Positions 18,264-28,090 of a DNA stretch of 64,000 nucleotides are shown one piece after another. Source of the DNA: a virus. The stretch is from IMG/VR virus record IMGVR_UViG_3300018080_000154, positions 1 through 64,000 of that record, one strand, 5' to 3'. Numbering within the stretch: position 1 is the first letter of the stretch; each line of letters begins with the position of its first letter. The notes beneath the pieces were generated by a model, which saw only the letters and a list, made by a program, of their open reading frames with translations, was not told where the DNA came from and ran no database searches. The position numbers were made by a program, and so were the translations under genes.

Positions 18264-19039
18264 TGGTCGTAGCTCCAATTCAAGAATTTGCTATAATCAG
18301 TTCCACAAAACTCACACTTATCTTCAAGTGAAAGACTAGGACCACCATTGTGCTCGCTAATCTTTTGACTTAATTTTTCAATGTCTCTTTTATGTAGATT
18401 CTCAATAATACTTGCAGAGTCGATATGACCTTCGGCGTCGTTCATTCCAATGATAGAATTTCTGAAGATCAGTTCTTTCATCAATCCTTCATTTGCAGCA
18501 ACTTCGTCTTTTGCCGATTCCATTGCATCCCATTTTGTAACACGTATTTTGAGTTTCTCTACAGTTTCTCCACCAAAATCAAATGGCTTGAGCAGGGTGT
18601 AATAATCGTAGCGAGGTTCGGTTTTTTCCTTAACGTGAATGTCCATTGACTCAATGTTAAACGTTCGCTGTTTGTTAAGTCTACCGCACGTAGGGCAATT
18701 TACATCCATTACAACAAACTCACCCATGACTTCGTATCGTAGATACACCCACATATACATCACGTTGGGAAGATCTAGTTGATTTATCGTAAGGATTTTT
18801 TCGTTGGTGTCTTTGGCGTCAAAGTCTTCACCACAAAAACGATTCAACATGAGTTGAAAAACACTGGATACAAACTTACCCATCATACCAGAGCTGGTTT
18901 TCAGCTTGGCAATCTGTTTTTCTTCTTTCATTGTCCAGTTTTTAAATGTGAATTCTTGAGTTTCTCGATCTGGTAGTTCAACGGGTAGGTTGTTTTTTAG
19001 ATCTTTCAGTTCCTTGGCAGTGTTTTCTTTCTTTGTCAT
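18230..19039 (-). CDS. Tail assembly chaperone (T4 gp26-like, two CxxC motifs)
   Basis: 269 aa between tube and tape measure genes; CPTCG and CEFCG motifs. Confidence 0.75.
   Translation of the reverse strand: MTKKENTAKELKDLKNNLPVELPDRETQEFTFKNWTMKEEKQIAKLKTSSGMMGKFVSSVFQLMLNRFCGEDFDAKDTNEKILTINQLDLPNVMYMWVYLRYEVMGEFVVMDVNCPTCGRLNKQRTFNIESMDIHVKEKTEPRYDYYTLLKPFDFGGETVEKLKIRVTKWDAMESAKDEVAANEGLMKELIFRNSIIGMNDAEGHIDSASIIENLHKRDIEKLSQKISEHNGGPSLSLEDKCEFCGTDYSKFLNWSYDHFFGQSSLPAD
18257..18263 (-). other. Programmed -1 ribosomal frameshift site (T TTT TTC)
   Basis: GAC CAT TTT TTC GGA near the chaperone C-terminus; the -1 frame reads FFRTIFSPRR...; canonical position before the tape measure gene. 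Confidence 0.8.
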
Positions 19040-19043
19040 CTCT

Positions 19044-19172
19044 AATCTCCCAAATACAACGTTTGTTGAGATTTTATGTTATGTGGGTGACCGAACCGAT
19101 TTCAATCCTGCTGCCGGTTCAGCCACCCTATTCCCGATAAGCCATATCTAAAGTAATTCTATCAAATTACTT
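19044..19172 (-). promoter_or_regulatory. Structured intergenic RNA (three hairpins; one covers the chaperone SD)
   Basis: 14-bp stem at 19085-19128 pairs fully only on the minus strand (two G-U pairs). An 8-bp stem lies at 19151-19172, and an AATCTC/GAGATT stem at 19044-19073 overlaps the GGGAGA SD. Confidence 0.55.
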
Positions 19173-19185
19173 CGACACAGTTAAC

Positions 19186-19623
19186 CTACAAAACAACTTT
19201 CGCGGAGAAAGTCCAGACTACAAAACCGGGTTTTCCTTCGTCGCTCATGTCAACGTCAGGGTACTTACGTTTCTTGACCCATAGTTCTGTAAGCGGGATC
19301 ATCTTTGCAACCGCACCAGAAATTGTTCGATAGATCATGGTACCGTTTTTCTTGTAACCAAGAGCAACGTTACCTTTCCCTAGATTGTACCACGTTTCCA
19401 ATGCTGCAAGCTCGGTGGTATGGTGAAGAGGCATCTCGGCTGTGAATTCCACAGGAAGAGTATTCCCTCCACTTGCCATTGTCTTGTCGGGCATTTCAAC
19501 GCCTTCGATTTCTTCTTCAATTCCATCTACTTTCGTAAACGTGATTTGAGGAAGCTCAAGCACTATCAATTCAAACGCATTGACGGGTGCATGATCTGGT
19601 TTTAATACACCTTTGATTCCCAT
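19186..19623 (-). CDS. Tail tube protein (T4 gp19-like)
   Basis: 145 aa directly after the sheath gene; F..VDGIE, LETWY and KKNGTMI motifs. Confidence 0.8.
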   Translation of the reverse strand: MGIKGVLKPDHAPVNAFELIVLELPQITFTKVDGIEEEIEGVEMPDKTMASGGNTLPVEFTAEMPLHHTTELAALETWYNLGKGNVALGYKKNGTMIYRTISGAVAKMIPLTELWVKKRKYPDVDMSDEGKPGFVVWTFSAKVVL

Positions 19624-19653
19624 ATTGATCGTCTCCTATCGTTTAATGTTTTG

Positions 19654-22251
19654 TTACTCAGTTGATTCAAAAATACCAAGTTGTCCAACGGTAACAACAA
19701 GTCTTTCAACGGTGTCCACAACACGGAATCGTAGTGCGGCGTTGAGGTCTCCGGCTGCACGTGTGACCAATGTATTGTTTTCATCGTCGACTTTGAGAAC
19801 GAATGCCTTCTGGAAACTGTCACCTTCAAGAGCACCTTTATTGTACTCTAAAAGGTAATGCGCATTGAAAGCCGTGATGAGTTGTTGTTGCGTACTCGCC
19901 CGTTTCGAGTTGATTGCAAAAACAATCCAATCAAAGTTTTCACGAATGATGTTTTCCTGATGTGAAACATACTCACGTTTATGAGCAAATTTCCAAGCAG
20001 GATCAATCGCCGTGCTTCTATCACCCCAGATAACAAAATTCCCTTTGACTTTCTTGATAACCTGAATTCCTTGAGGATTCAAGAATTCTTCATTGAGTGT
20101 TCTGTTTCCAGTTGTGAGTTTCACGATGGCTGGTAATGTTGCATTGACGTCCGTGCCTGCCTTATGATAACCATCATAATTTTTGGCAATCAAAGCTTCT
20201 CGGCCTAAGATCATTCCAACTGTTGGAACAAGTTTTAGACCTTCACCATTTGGATCATTTACCCATGCCCAGGAATTCATGGTGAATTTTCCAAAATCAT
20301 TTCTACCAACCGAGTCGTTAAGCCATTGTTCGGCTGCAGACTCTGTTGTGATGTTAGATGGGCATTCGTATCTCCATTGGTAGTTTCTTGACTCGGCATA
20401 AAATGCACCAGCTTTTTGAACAGCGGTTGAAGCCACACCAGCTGCACAGAGTTTAACAAGACCAACGTTCTTTCCAAACATGTCGTTGAAAGGAGAATCG
20501 GACGGGTCAAGATGTTTGGTGTAATCGACGTCACCAATTCCTACAACGCCGTCGTATCCACCACCAAGTTCTTGTTTGTATTCAAGAACAAAGTTTTTAG
20601 TGGTGTCGGTAAGCGTTGTAAGATCTACTCCACTTTTCACGTCAATTTGATATGCGTTGTTTCCAACAATCTCATGACGAATTCTTCTGGCGGTTGCGTC
20701 TGGAACAAGAACTTCACCAACAAGAGCATTTGGCTCAAATGGTTGAACAACAACATCAACCGTATCACCAACGTCGAATTCTTTTGATACCATTCTTGAA
20801 GTTTCAAGAAGTTTAAGACCCATTGTGTACTCGTTTGGTTTTACAAATGCAACACCAGCCGTTAAGGTACCAACTGCACCAAGTTGATCATGGACAACAT
20901 CCCATGTTTGAGCAACTCCACCAGAGGTTACAGTGCCGCCCCATGTTGGTTTGTTTGAACCACCAGCCGAAGTCGTTGAAATTCCATTTCCTTCAACACC
21001 GGCAGTGTTTACAAAAATGTCCAACGCAGACGATCCAGATTTCTCAGGATATGTTGAAACAGCTTTCAAATATAGAAACGTCACAGTGTTGTCAACACAT
21101 TCTTCAACGGTTCCACCAATTTGAATTTCGGTTTCTGAATCTGACACGGTTGTTTTGAAAGTGTAAGTTACACCGTCAATCTCAATTGTGTCTCCATCGT
21201 CTGGTATTGCACCGAACGTAAGACCGGAAGTCGCATGTGAACCTTTTACCGCACAAGTCAATGAAAGTTTACCCGGAACAATTTCACTTCCATAGTCTGC
21301 TTCAACCGCTACGGCGGATCCACCATTTGCGGAATTCACAATGGCGTGATGAATTCTTGCCGTAAGTTTTGTTGCAGTGACTTGTTCAATCACTCCAAAG
21401 AAGTTTGAAGGTCTTGCGCTTGCAACATAAGCACCAACATGAACGTCTTCAACTTCAACGTAGTAGTTTGATGTGTCGTCGTTTATAACCGACTCAAAAT
21501 AATTTGGGTCGTCGGGGTCGATGCTCAAGTTTTCCCAGTTCTTGACCAAGACGCCATTGTCATAAACTTCCATTCCGAATTCTGTGTCTGGTTTTTGAAG
21601 ACCATCTTTAATGAGAAATCCAATTCCTTTCTCATTTACAAGTTCTACCTTGTATTTTTTATCGGAAACAAGACCTACGTCATCAACCAATAACGTATCG
21701 GCTGCAAAAGTAAGAACACCAGACTCATCGTTTGAAACAACCTTATAGCTTTTTCCGGGGACGCCATTTAAGGTTACGATCGCGTCTTTAAGTTCATCTT
21801 CTAGCATCGTACGGCCAGTAGACAATGTTATCTGTGTGATTGCAGAGTATTCTCCAACCAACGTCTGTTTTCTACCAGCCCAACGACCGGCGTTTCTTCC
21901 TTTGACCTTCATGACTTCGGTTCGAGGATCTTTTCTTGAGTAAACCGTTGCCTCTGCAATTTTTTCGGTTCCATCAGTGACTCGAACTAAATACTGTCGG
22001 CCAGCCCCTTTACTGAGAGTCCAAAAATCAAACATCGCATCAGGAAGATATGACTCTTTAATGTATGAGCCACAAATTGCCTTGAAGTCTGTTTTGCTCA
22101 GGACCTCAATAAGTTCTCCAATTGGACCACGTTCGAGGACTCCAATTCCTCCGATAACACCTAACGCAGCCTGTTCAATGGTTTTACCACCATCTTCTTC
22201 GATGACGGCAACACCTGCCCCTTGCGTAGGGCCAAATCGTCTTTGCACCAT
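19654..22251 (-). CDS. Tail sheath protein with inserted domains
   Basis: N-terminal GVAVIEE...GVLERGPIGE; C-terminal VPTVGMILG, LNPQGIQVIK, VIWGDRS and FDWIVFAIN. Confidence 0.95.
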   Translation of the reverse strand: MVQRRFGPTQGAGVAVIEEDGGKTIEQAALGVIGGIGVLERGPIGELIEVLSKTDFKAICGSYIKESYLPDAMFDFWTLSKGAGRQYLVRVTDGTEKIAEATVYSRKDPRTEVMKVKGRNAGRWAGRKQTLVGEYSAITQITLSTGRTMLEDELKDAIVTLNGVPGKSYKVVSNDESGVLTFAADTLLVDDVGLVSDKKYKVELVNEKGIGFLIKDGLQKPDTEFGMEVYDNGVLVKNWENLSIDPDDPNYFESVINDDTSNYYVEVEDVHVGAYVASARPSNFFGVIEQVTATKLTARIHHAIVNSANGGSAVAVEADYGSEIVPGKLSLTCAVKGSHATSGLTFGAIPDDGDTIEIDGVTYTFKTTVSDSETEIQIGGTVEECVDNTVTFLYLKAVSTYPEKSGSSALDIFVNTAGVEGNGISTTSAGGSNKPTWGGTVTSGGVAQTWDVVHDQLGAVGTLTAGVAFVKPNEYTMGLKLLETSRMVSKEFDVGDTVDVVVQPFEPNALVGEVLVPDATARRIRHEIVGNNAYQIDVKSGVDLTTLTDTTKNFVLEYKQELGGGYDGVVGIGDVDYTKHLDPSDSPFNDMFGKNVGLVKLCAAGVASTAVQKAGAFYAESRNYQWRYECPSNITTESAAEQWLNDSVGRNDFGKFTMNSWAWVNDPNGEGLKLVPTVGMILGREALIAKNYDGYHKAGTDVNATLPAIVKLTTGNRTLNEEFLNPQGIQVIKKVKGNFVIWGDRSTAIDPAWKFAHKREYVSHQENIIRENFDWIVFAINSKRASTQQQLITAFNAHYLLEYNKGALEGDSFQKAFVLKVDDENNTLVTRAAGDLNAALRFRVVDTVERLVVTVGQLGIFESTE

Positions 22252-22281
22252 GCTTTAACTCCTTTAAGAGAATTGTTAGCA

Positions 22282-23553
22282 TTACTCAGTTGTAGTCTCG
22301 CTGTTCAAACGTAGAACAAGTGGTACGTCTTCCGATTCCTTAAGATAAAAAACAACGTTACTAACCTCAAAAACACCAATCGAACTATTGGTATCATCAA
22401 GATCTGGTTTCTGGTCAAAAAATAATCTTGCCATCGGTTGCACGAAATACTTTTCACCAGTTCCCCATGAAGTAAAGTGAAGTTTTGTTTTAAGGTATCT
22501 TTCAACTTCCTCCGCTAGGTTTTGAAGGTCCACCTGTCTTGTCGTTAGACAAACGTACTCAAATCTGACACTATATTGGGCTGGCGATTCCAATAGAACC
22601 GCAGTTCCCGCTGTTTTATTTTTCACCGAGTCTTGTTCTTGACCGGATCGTTCAATTATTCTGTTGTATTCTATTCTTTCAATAACTACTACAGGAAATT
22701 TTGCAACCTCGTGGTAGTCTTGACTTGTATTCACTGCAACTTCTGGTTCACATTTCATTTTTATATCAACGTCGTGACCGGAAGGCACCTCGGTGGTAAG
22801 TGTTATCGTCCCGTTGTCGTAAGTACCGTCACGTCTTTGTGGTCCACGACTATATGATTGAAGTAAATTGACCTGTCTCAATGGATCTACAGTGATGTCG
22901 TAAACACTTTCACATGTGTCCATGTTGTAACCATCATTTTCTGGTTTGAATTCATTTAAAAGATCTATCTCGGTGGTAGGTTGATCGGTTACAATTCCAA
23001 GTTTAAGAACGTATCGTAAATTTTCTCTGAAATCTTGAACGATGGTATCAAAAATAAGATCATCTTTCCAATTGATGTCGTATCGACCAAGAAGTTTTAT
23101 CTGTTGTACGGTTGGTGTGGTGGTCTCGTTTGATGTTTTGAGTTTTATCTGTAGTTTTATTTTAAAAGTATTGTCACATAATTCAAACTCTTCTAGATGT
23201 TGGTTGATTTCATCCTCAGTGTTCCAATCATTTACACCAGCAATGGCCCAATTTGATCCATTATGAAAATATTTCTCAACGCCATTGTCAAGACGTAAAA
23301 ACCAGTCTGTATTTTCTGGTTTTGTTCCAACAACTTCTACGGCCAACCATTTTCTTACTGCGTGCGGTTCTACTTCATAGGTTGATGCATAAATATCGTC
23401 GTCGGTTGGATACTTACCACCAGTTGCTTTAAGCATCAATGCTGGATGTTCTGTGTCCTCGGTGTTTAGTCTTATTTTGTCAGTGTTGGAAAGAAAAATG
23501 TCGTCTCGTCTTTCATTTTCAAAAACAAAATTGTAGATAAGTCGATTTATCAC
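22282..23553 (-). CDS. Tail terminator / neck protein with N-terminal extension
   Basis: Directly upstream of the sheath gene; C-terminal FPVVVIE...SPAQYSVRFEY is terminator-like. Confidence 0.55.
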   Translation of the reverse strand: MINRLIYNFVFENERRDDIFLSNTDKIRLNTEDTEHPALMLKATGGKYPTDDDIYASTYEVEPHAVRKWLAVEVVGTKPENTDWFLRLDNGVEKYFHNGSNWAIAGVNDWNTEDEINQHLEEFELCDNTFKIKLQIKLKTSNETTTPTVQQIKLLGRYDINWKDDLIFDTIVQDFRENLRYVLKLGIVTDQPTTEIDLLNEFKPENDGYNMDTCESVYDITVDPLRQVNLLQSYSRGPQRRDGTYDNGTITLTTEVPSGHDVDIKMKCEPEVAVNTSQDYHEVAKFPVVVIERIEYNRIIERSGQEQDSVKNKTAGTAVLLESPAQYSVRFEYVCLTTRQVDLQNLAEEVERYLKTKLHFTSWGTGEKYFVQPMARLFFDQKPDLDDTNSSIGVFEVSNVVFYLKESEDVPLVLRLNSETTTE

Positions 23554-24128
23554 TTAGATGATTTCCTTATGGCACCGTTCACGGCCATCTCCCAGTTCTT
23601 GTTCATTAAAGCCTGAACCGCCGGGTCGTGAAACACAATATTCATGAATGGCCTAGGAGGGATTCTAATCAATCCACTCGAACTTTTGAACTTTATTTTT
23701 GTTCTTTTTCCACCACCACGTTCTTTTGCCTTTGCAAAAAGAAATCTTCTCATTCTTGGCGTCATGGTTATCGTGCCACCATCGTGAAGAAGACGAGCAA
23801 CATTTATCATAGGTCCACCGTGACTGGTTTCACTGTCTGTTAGAAAACCAACACGTGCAGTAAATGGTGTTTTCTGGTTTATCTCGATTGCGTTTATCAT
23901 TTCTTTCGTATCTACCAGAGGCATGTTCTTGCCTTTAAGTAGAATTGTAAGATCTGAGTTTTTGATGAATTTTCTGCTGGCAATTCCTTGTCGAACCAAG
24001 GTTTGAAGAGTAAGAGCATTTTTAAGAGTGGCTTTCCCAATCTCTTTTTGCAGTTGTGGAGAAAAGGTTTTCAAAAATCTAGAAAACCTTATATGACCAG
24101 TTCCCACCAATTTAATTTCACCCGGCAT
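23550..24128 (-). CDS. Neck/tail completion protein (virion morphogenesis family)
   Basis: PLVDTKEMINAI, ARLLHDGGTI and IRIPPRPFM motifs. Confidence 0.75.
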   Translation of the reverse strand: MPGEIKLVGTGHIRFSRFLKTFSPQLQKEIGKATLKNALTLQTLVRQGIASRKFIKNSDLTILLKGKNMPLVDTKEMINAIEINQKTPFTARVGFLTDSETSHGGPMINVARLLHDGGTITMTPRMRRFLFAKAKERGGGKRTKIKFKSSSGLIRIPPRPFMNIVFHDPAVQALMNKNWEMAVNGAIRKSSK

Positions 24129-24518
24129 CTATGGTGTCCTATCACTAAAATAGTAACGTACTAGACCAAACGAGGATCCGCTGGAGCTTTCCGCTCCAAA
24201 CATGTAACGTGTTACATATAGGTCTACCTCTTGGTCGCCCAGTTTCGTTATTTTATCGCCACGTTTTATATTTACACCAAGTGTGTTCATGTCTTTTGTT
24301 CTGACGATTACGTAACCAACAGAGTCTTCGTCTATTCCTTCACGTTTAAGCTCAAAATCTTTCTCGGACAACCACTTTACTTGTGCCTGAATCGTGATTG
24401 TAGATTTTCTTCTTATCCGACCGGAACTTTCTCGTCTAGTGTCTGAATATCTAGTCGAGTCCTTATCGATAGGCTCTATCTCGATCGGTACGGCAAAAAG
24501 TAAGTTTGGTGTAGTCAT
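24129..24518 (-). CDS. Head closure (stopper) protein
   Basis: 129 aa with IKRGDKI; lies between the adaptor and neck genes. Confidence 0.6.
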   Translation of the reverse strand: MTTPNLLFAVPIEIEPIDKDSTRYSDTRRESSGRIRRKSTITIQAQVKWLSEKDFELKREGIDEDSVGYVIVRTKDMNTLGVNIKRGDKITKLGDQEVDLYVTRYMFGAESSSGSSFGLVRYYFSDRTP

Positions 24519-24520
24519 GT

Positions 24521-25252
24521 TTAGTATCCTGTCAATGCGTTACGAGGAGAATCCATAATCGATCCTCTAATCACCGTCGGTGCTCTATACAATTTTACGA
24601 CATCGTCTACTATTTTTATCCCAATGTCACCAGGTGATTTTGTGATAGAACTAGATCCAGTGTTTGGATCAAAATACTCTATCTCATGCATGTCGGTTTT
24701 CTCACGACGTTTAACAAGAGGCGCACCACCTGTGCCGGATGATATTTGCTCGTCGATTGGATTTTTGATATCATTCACAACCAAAGCAATCACAGCCTTT
24801 TGTATCAAAGACGGTGTCGATCCATCTTCTTCGATAAATCCAAACTTACCTTTAATGGTTGTCATGTAACCACGAAGAAAAGTCCCTCGGCTTACTCCGG
24901 TGTAAATACTTCTATCATTGCCAAACAATTTAATTCGAGGATTTCTTCTATCGTCTGGATATGTTCGGTTATTGAAAACCTGATAGTAGCTAACCGGTAG
25001 GTCGTCGTCCTCTCCATTTATTTTCATATACTCGATCTCGATGATCGGTATTCCAAGATGAAGAAGACTGGAGTTATTACCTTCTACGTTCATGGTGATT
25101 TCGCGTTCGTTAAAGAAATTTCTTGTTCTCATGTCAATGTACGACATGTTTTCTTTAATTATTTTTTCAATCGCTGCGTCAGAAAGTGTACCAACATCGG
25201 TTGAGTCTTTAATGTCTTGAACCGTTACGTATGGTCCTGTATTGTTAGCCAT
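24521..25252 (-). CDS. Head-tail adaptor protein
   Basis: YVTVQDIK...YIDMRTRNFF and G.FGF.....TP.LIQKAV motifs; start after a GAGGTG SD. Confidence 0.7.
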   Translation of the reverse strand: MANNTGPYVTVQDIKDSTDVGTLSDAAIEKIIKENMSYIDMRTRNFFNEREITMNVEGNNSSLLHLGIPIIEIEYMKINGEDDDLPVSYYQVFNNRTYPDDRRNPRIKLFGNDRSIYTGVSRGTFLRGYMTTIKGKFGFIEEDGSTPSLIQKAVIALVVNDIKNPIDEQISSGTGGAPLVKRREKTDMHEIEYFDPNTGSSSITKSPGDIGIKIVDDVVKLYRAPTVIRGSIMDSPRNALTGY

Positions 25253-25883
25253 GTTTCTCACCTCGAATATCTATGATTGTTTCAAATACATTGTCGGCTT
25301 TTGCAATATCGTCTGGAGTTATTGTCATAATTCCAAAACGCTCACGTAAATTTAAAAGACCAGGTGAAGCCGACTCAAGACACCAGTAATACATCTCGGA
25401 GCAATAAACAGCCTTACGTGCTTTCTTATCTTTAAGAGGAGTTGGATTTTTGCTACGTGCAACAAAACTCCAATCGTACGGTGTTTTTCTATCTACAAAT
25501 CCATAAGCTTCGCTTACCATTTCTTTAATTACATCTGGACTCACTTTAGGTCGACGAACCATAACTCTACTCGATCCAACCATAAGTTCCAAAATGTCTC
25601 TATCTTCTACACCTTCTCCTGTTGCATCAATAATAAATTTATCGGCAACCTTCATTGCAGCATGAGTGAATTTTGATCCTTGTAGATATGTAGTAGACTC
25701 AAGAAATGCCCGTATCAAAATACAGTCACCTTCTTTAGTGTCTTCAATTACTTTTCGAAAATCTGCGCCATGTACAAGATATTTTTTTATTCCGATTTTA
25801 TCTATGAAAAAAAGAATAAAACGAAGACGACCATCTTCTTTTAGCCAATTGACAAATCTAATAAAAGCACCTTTAAACATCAA
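25245..25883 (-). CDS. Permuted papain-like NlpC/P60 amidase (YiiX/YebB-like)
   Basis: GDCIL...FTHAAM (His first)...PYDW...YCSEM (Cys last)...ITPDDI is the permuted catalytic order. Confidence 0.85.
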   Translation of the reverse strand: MMFKGAFIRFVNWLKEDGRLRFILFFIDKIGIKKYLVHGADFRKVIEDTKEGDCILIRAFLESTTYLQGSKFTHAAMKVADKFIIDATGEGVEDRDILELMVGSSRVMVRRPKVSPDVIKEMVSEAYGFVDRKTPYDWSFVARSKNPTPLKDKKARKAVYCSEMYYWCLESASPGLLNLRERFGIMTITPDDIAKADNVFETIIDIRGEKHG

Positions 25884-26812
25884 ACGTTTCCTTTACAGAA
25901 AGTAGTCATTTCAATTCCAATCCACGGATCTTCGCTACCGGCTGTTAGTTCAAATCTTATTTTCCAACAATTGTACAACAATTTTCCTACAACATCAGTA
26001 GATTGAAAAATAGCCTGTTGACCATCTTGTTTTCTACCATGTAAACAATTACCAAACGAGTGTAAGTCTATATCTATTGTGTACAGATTATAACCGCCTT
26101 GTTGATCAATGTTTGGCTGAATTACATTCGAAAATTTATCGTAATCAAAAAATCCAGTATTGCCTGCTGCTGGTACTGGCACGCACATTAATACGTCACC
26201 GTTGTTGTTAACAGTTGCGTCAAGATCTAAATCGTGTGTACCTGCACCTTCTCCTACATAAATAATAAGAACGCCACCTGCTATTATGTATTCTCCACCT
26301 TCACGTGGTATCAACCCTTGTGTAGCAGGTGCATAAAGATACGAAGAAACTTTATCTAATCTACTGCAGCCTTCAAATATTGCAGTTGCCCCACATGCAA
26401 ACCAATGACGAAGAAGTTGAAAATCTACAACGTTTTTTTGTTTTGTCAATTCTATTACATCACCGTCACCAAAAGTTCCTGCATCGATGTTGTCACTACG
26501 ACCAACAATGTAAAGACTATAACCTGATAGAATTCTGTTGACTGCAAAAATATCTAAACCGTCGCTAGTTTTTTCAGGTTCCCACGGAAGACCCACAAGA
26601 GCATTCATTTGTTTTAAAGGCTCTGTTGTAAGATCTGTTACACCATCTACACTCACCTTCGTTACGCCATCTAAAATGTCTTTCAATAGATTTACATCAT
26701 TCTTAAAAGAATTACGAAGATGATCTTCTATATGAAAAAAAGCATCTGGTGAAATAGGCCTACCAAAATATGTTTTTGTTTCTTCACTAGTGTTGTGTAT
26801 CCATAGACTCAT
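25880..26812 (-). CDS. Hypothetical protein (probable virion accessory)
   Basis: 310-aa ORF within the structural operon. Confidence 0.6.
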   Translation of the reverse strand: MSLWIHNTSEETKTYFGRPISPDAFFHIEDHLRNSFKNDVNLLKDILDGVTKVSVDGVTDLTTEPLKQMNALVGLPWEPEKTSDGLDIFAVNRILSGYSLYIVGRSDNIDAGTFGDGDVIELTKQKNVVDFQLLRHWFACGATAIFEGCSRLDKVSSYLYAPATQGLIPREGGEYIIAGGVLIIYVGEGAGTHDLDLDATVNNNGDVLMCVPVPAAGNTGFFDYDKFSNVIQPNIDQQGGYNLYTIDIDLHSFGNCLHGRKQDGQQAIFQSTDVVGKLLYNCWKIRFELTAGSEDPWIGIEMTTFCKGNV

Positions 26813-26821
26813 AATTCAATC

Positions 26822-27343
26822 CTATACATAGTCGTCGTTTACAAAATACAAAATTAGAGAAGCGTCTGAAGCATTTCTTCCAATATCTCTATAAATACAT
26901 CTAATCTCATCTTGGGCTTCAAACAAATCATTTCTGGCTATGACAGCATTTTTTGTATTGTCTCCTGGTGACCACGTATAGATAAGAGTGCCAGAAGTGT
27001 AATTTGATGCCTTTGTGTATCTATAAAAGTCAATTTCCCAATCGGCGTTTGATCTTGAGTTGTCGAAAACTGCTTCCTTCAATCGACTTCTCTTAGGAAC
27101 AATTATTTGTGCATTAGGAAGAAGTTCTGAGTATGTAATTCTCTGACCGTTAGATAAAGTTCCATTATTAAGAAGGGTGAGAGTAAAACGAGCAAGTTTA
27201 CCCGGTGCATTGTTGAAAACAAACTCTATAGCAGATTGAGTCTCGTCCCTATCAATCGTACCGACCTGACCATTTGTATCTGGATTTCTATTTGGTTCAA
27301 ATGGTGTCGATTCTGCAACATTTGTAATGAAAGGATTGGTCAC
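26822..27343 (-). CDS. Hypothetical virion protein
   Basis: 173 aa; ETQSAIEFV is a fibre-type motif. Confidence 0.6.
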   Translation of the reverse strand: MTNPFITNVAESTPFEPNRNPDTNGQVGTIDRDETQSAIEFVFNNAPGKLARFTLTLLNNGTLSNGQRITYSELLPNAQIIVPKRSRLKEAVFDNSRSNADWEIDFYRYTKASNYTSGTLIYTWSPGDNTKNAVIARNDLFEAQDEIRCIYRDIGRNASDASLILYFVNDDYV

Positions 27344-27712
27344 CTAACTAACCTCCCCTACTGCAATACTTCCAGTACCCGTCGTGACTTTTGCCCATAT
27401 CTTTGTATCTGGTCCAAACGGCAATATTGCTGTTTGTATTTTTCTTAATTGAAATGATTGAGAAGTTTGAGTAAAACCAAACACTACATTATTTGAAAGA
27501 GCCTGTATCATAATAAATTTACGAAGAGCTTTTGATGATGTTCCAACTCTAAGTTCTTTGGCCGTTGCAGTAAGTGGTATAACTGTATCAATACCACCAT
27601 TGTCAAGAATGTCGGAAGACCGTATTTCTTTATTTTCAGAAACTTTAACGAGGTTTCCATTTTCATCTGCTATGAAAACTGTTCCTTGTACAATGGTAAA
27701 CGGTAATCCCAT
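27344..27712 (-). CDS. Hypothetical virion protein (small beta-sandwich)
   Basis: 122 aa with RKFIMIQA..NNVVFG; coupled to neighbouring genes. Confidence 0.6.
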   Translation of the reverse strand: MGLPFTIVQGTVFIADENGNLVKVSENKEIRSSDILDNGGIDTVIPLTATAKELRVGTSSKALRKFIMIQALSNNVVFGFTQTSQSFQLRKIQTAILPFGPDTKIWAKVTTGTGSIAVGEVS

Positions 27713-28080
27713 TACGTCCTCGAGGTTACGACGTTAACGTCTTTAATTGTTTTATTTGTATTGTATGTAACGACGGCAGTAATTGTTGCTACAACGTTTG
27801 TGCCATCTTTATTGTAAATAGTTTTCACTATCTGTTCAATGAAAGGTAAAGGCGAATACGTAAAATCTACAACCGATCTTACATAATTTTTTAACGCCGA
27901 ATCGTATGTAGTTATGTTGTCAATGAATGGCGTAGATCCAACATAACTTGTCTCGGAAAAACCTTTACCAGTATCTTCTTCTGCAAGGTCGTTTATTATT
28001 CTTTCAAGTTGATCGTCACGAAAAACATTTTGTTCAGCATCTACGTCGTGACTTATTCGATTTGTGTTTTTTTGTGCCAT
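27712..28080 (-). CDS. Hypothetical protein
   Basis: 122 aa, Thr/Val-rich; TAATG overlap with the next gene. Confidence 0.6.
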   Translation of the reverse strand: MAQKNTNRISHDVDAEQNVFRDDQLERIINDLAEEDTGKGFSETSYVGSTPFIDNITTYDSALKNYVRSVVDFTYSPLPFIEQIVKTIYNKDGTNVVATITAVVTYNTNKTIKDVNVVTSRT

Positions 28081-28090
28081 TCGTTGGTAA

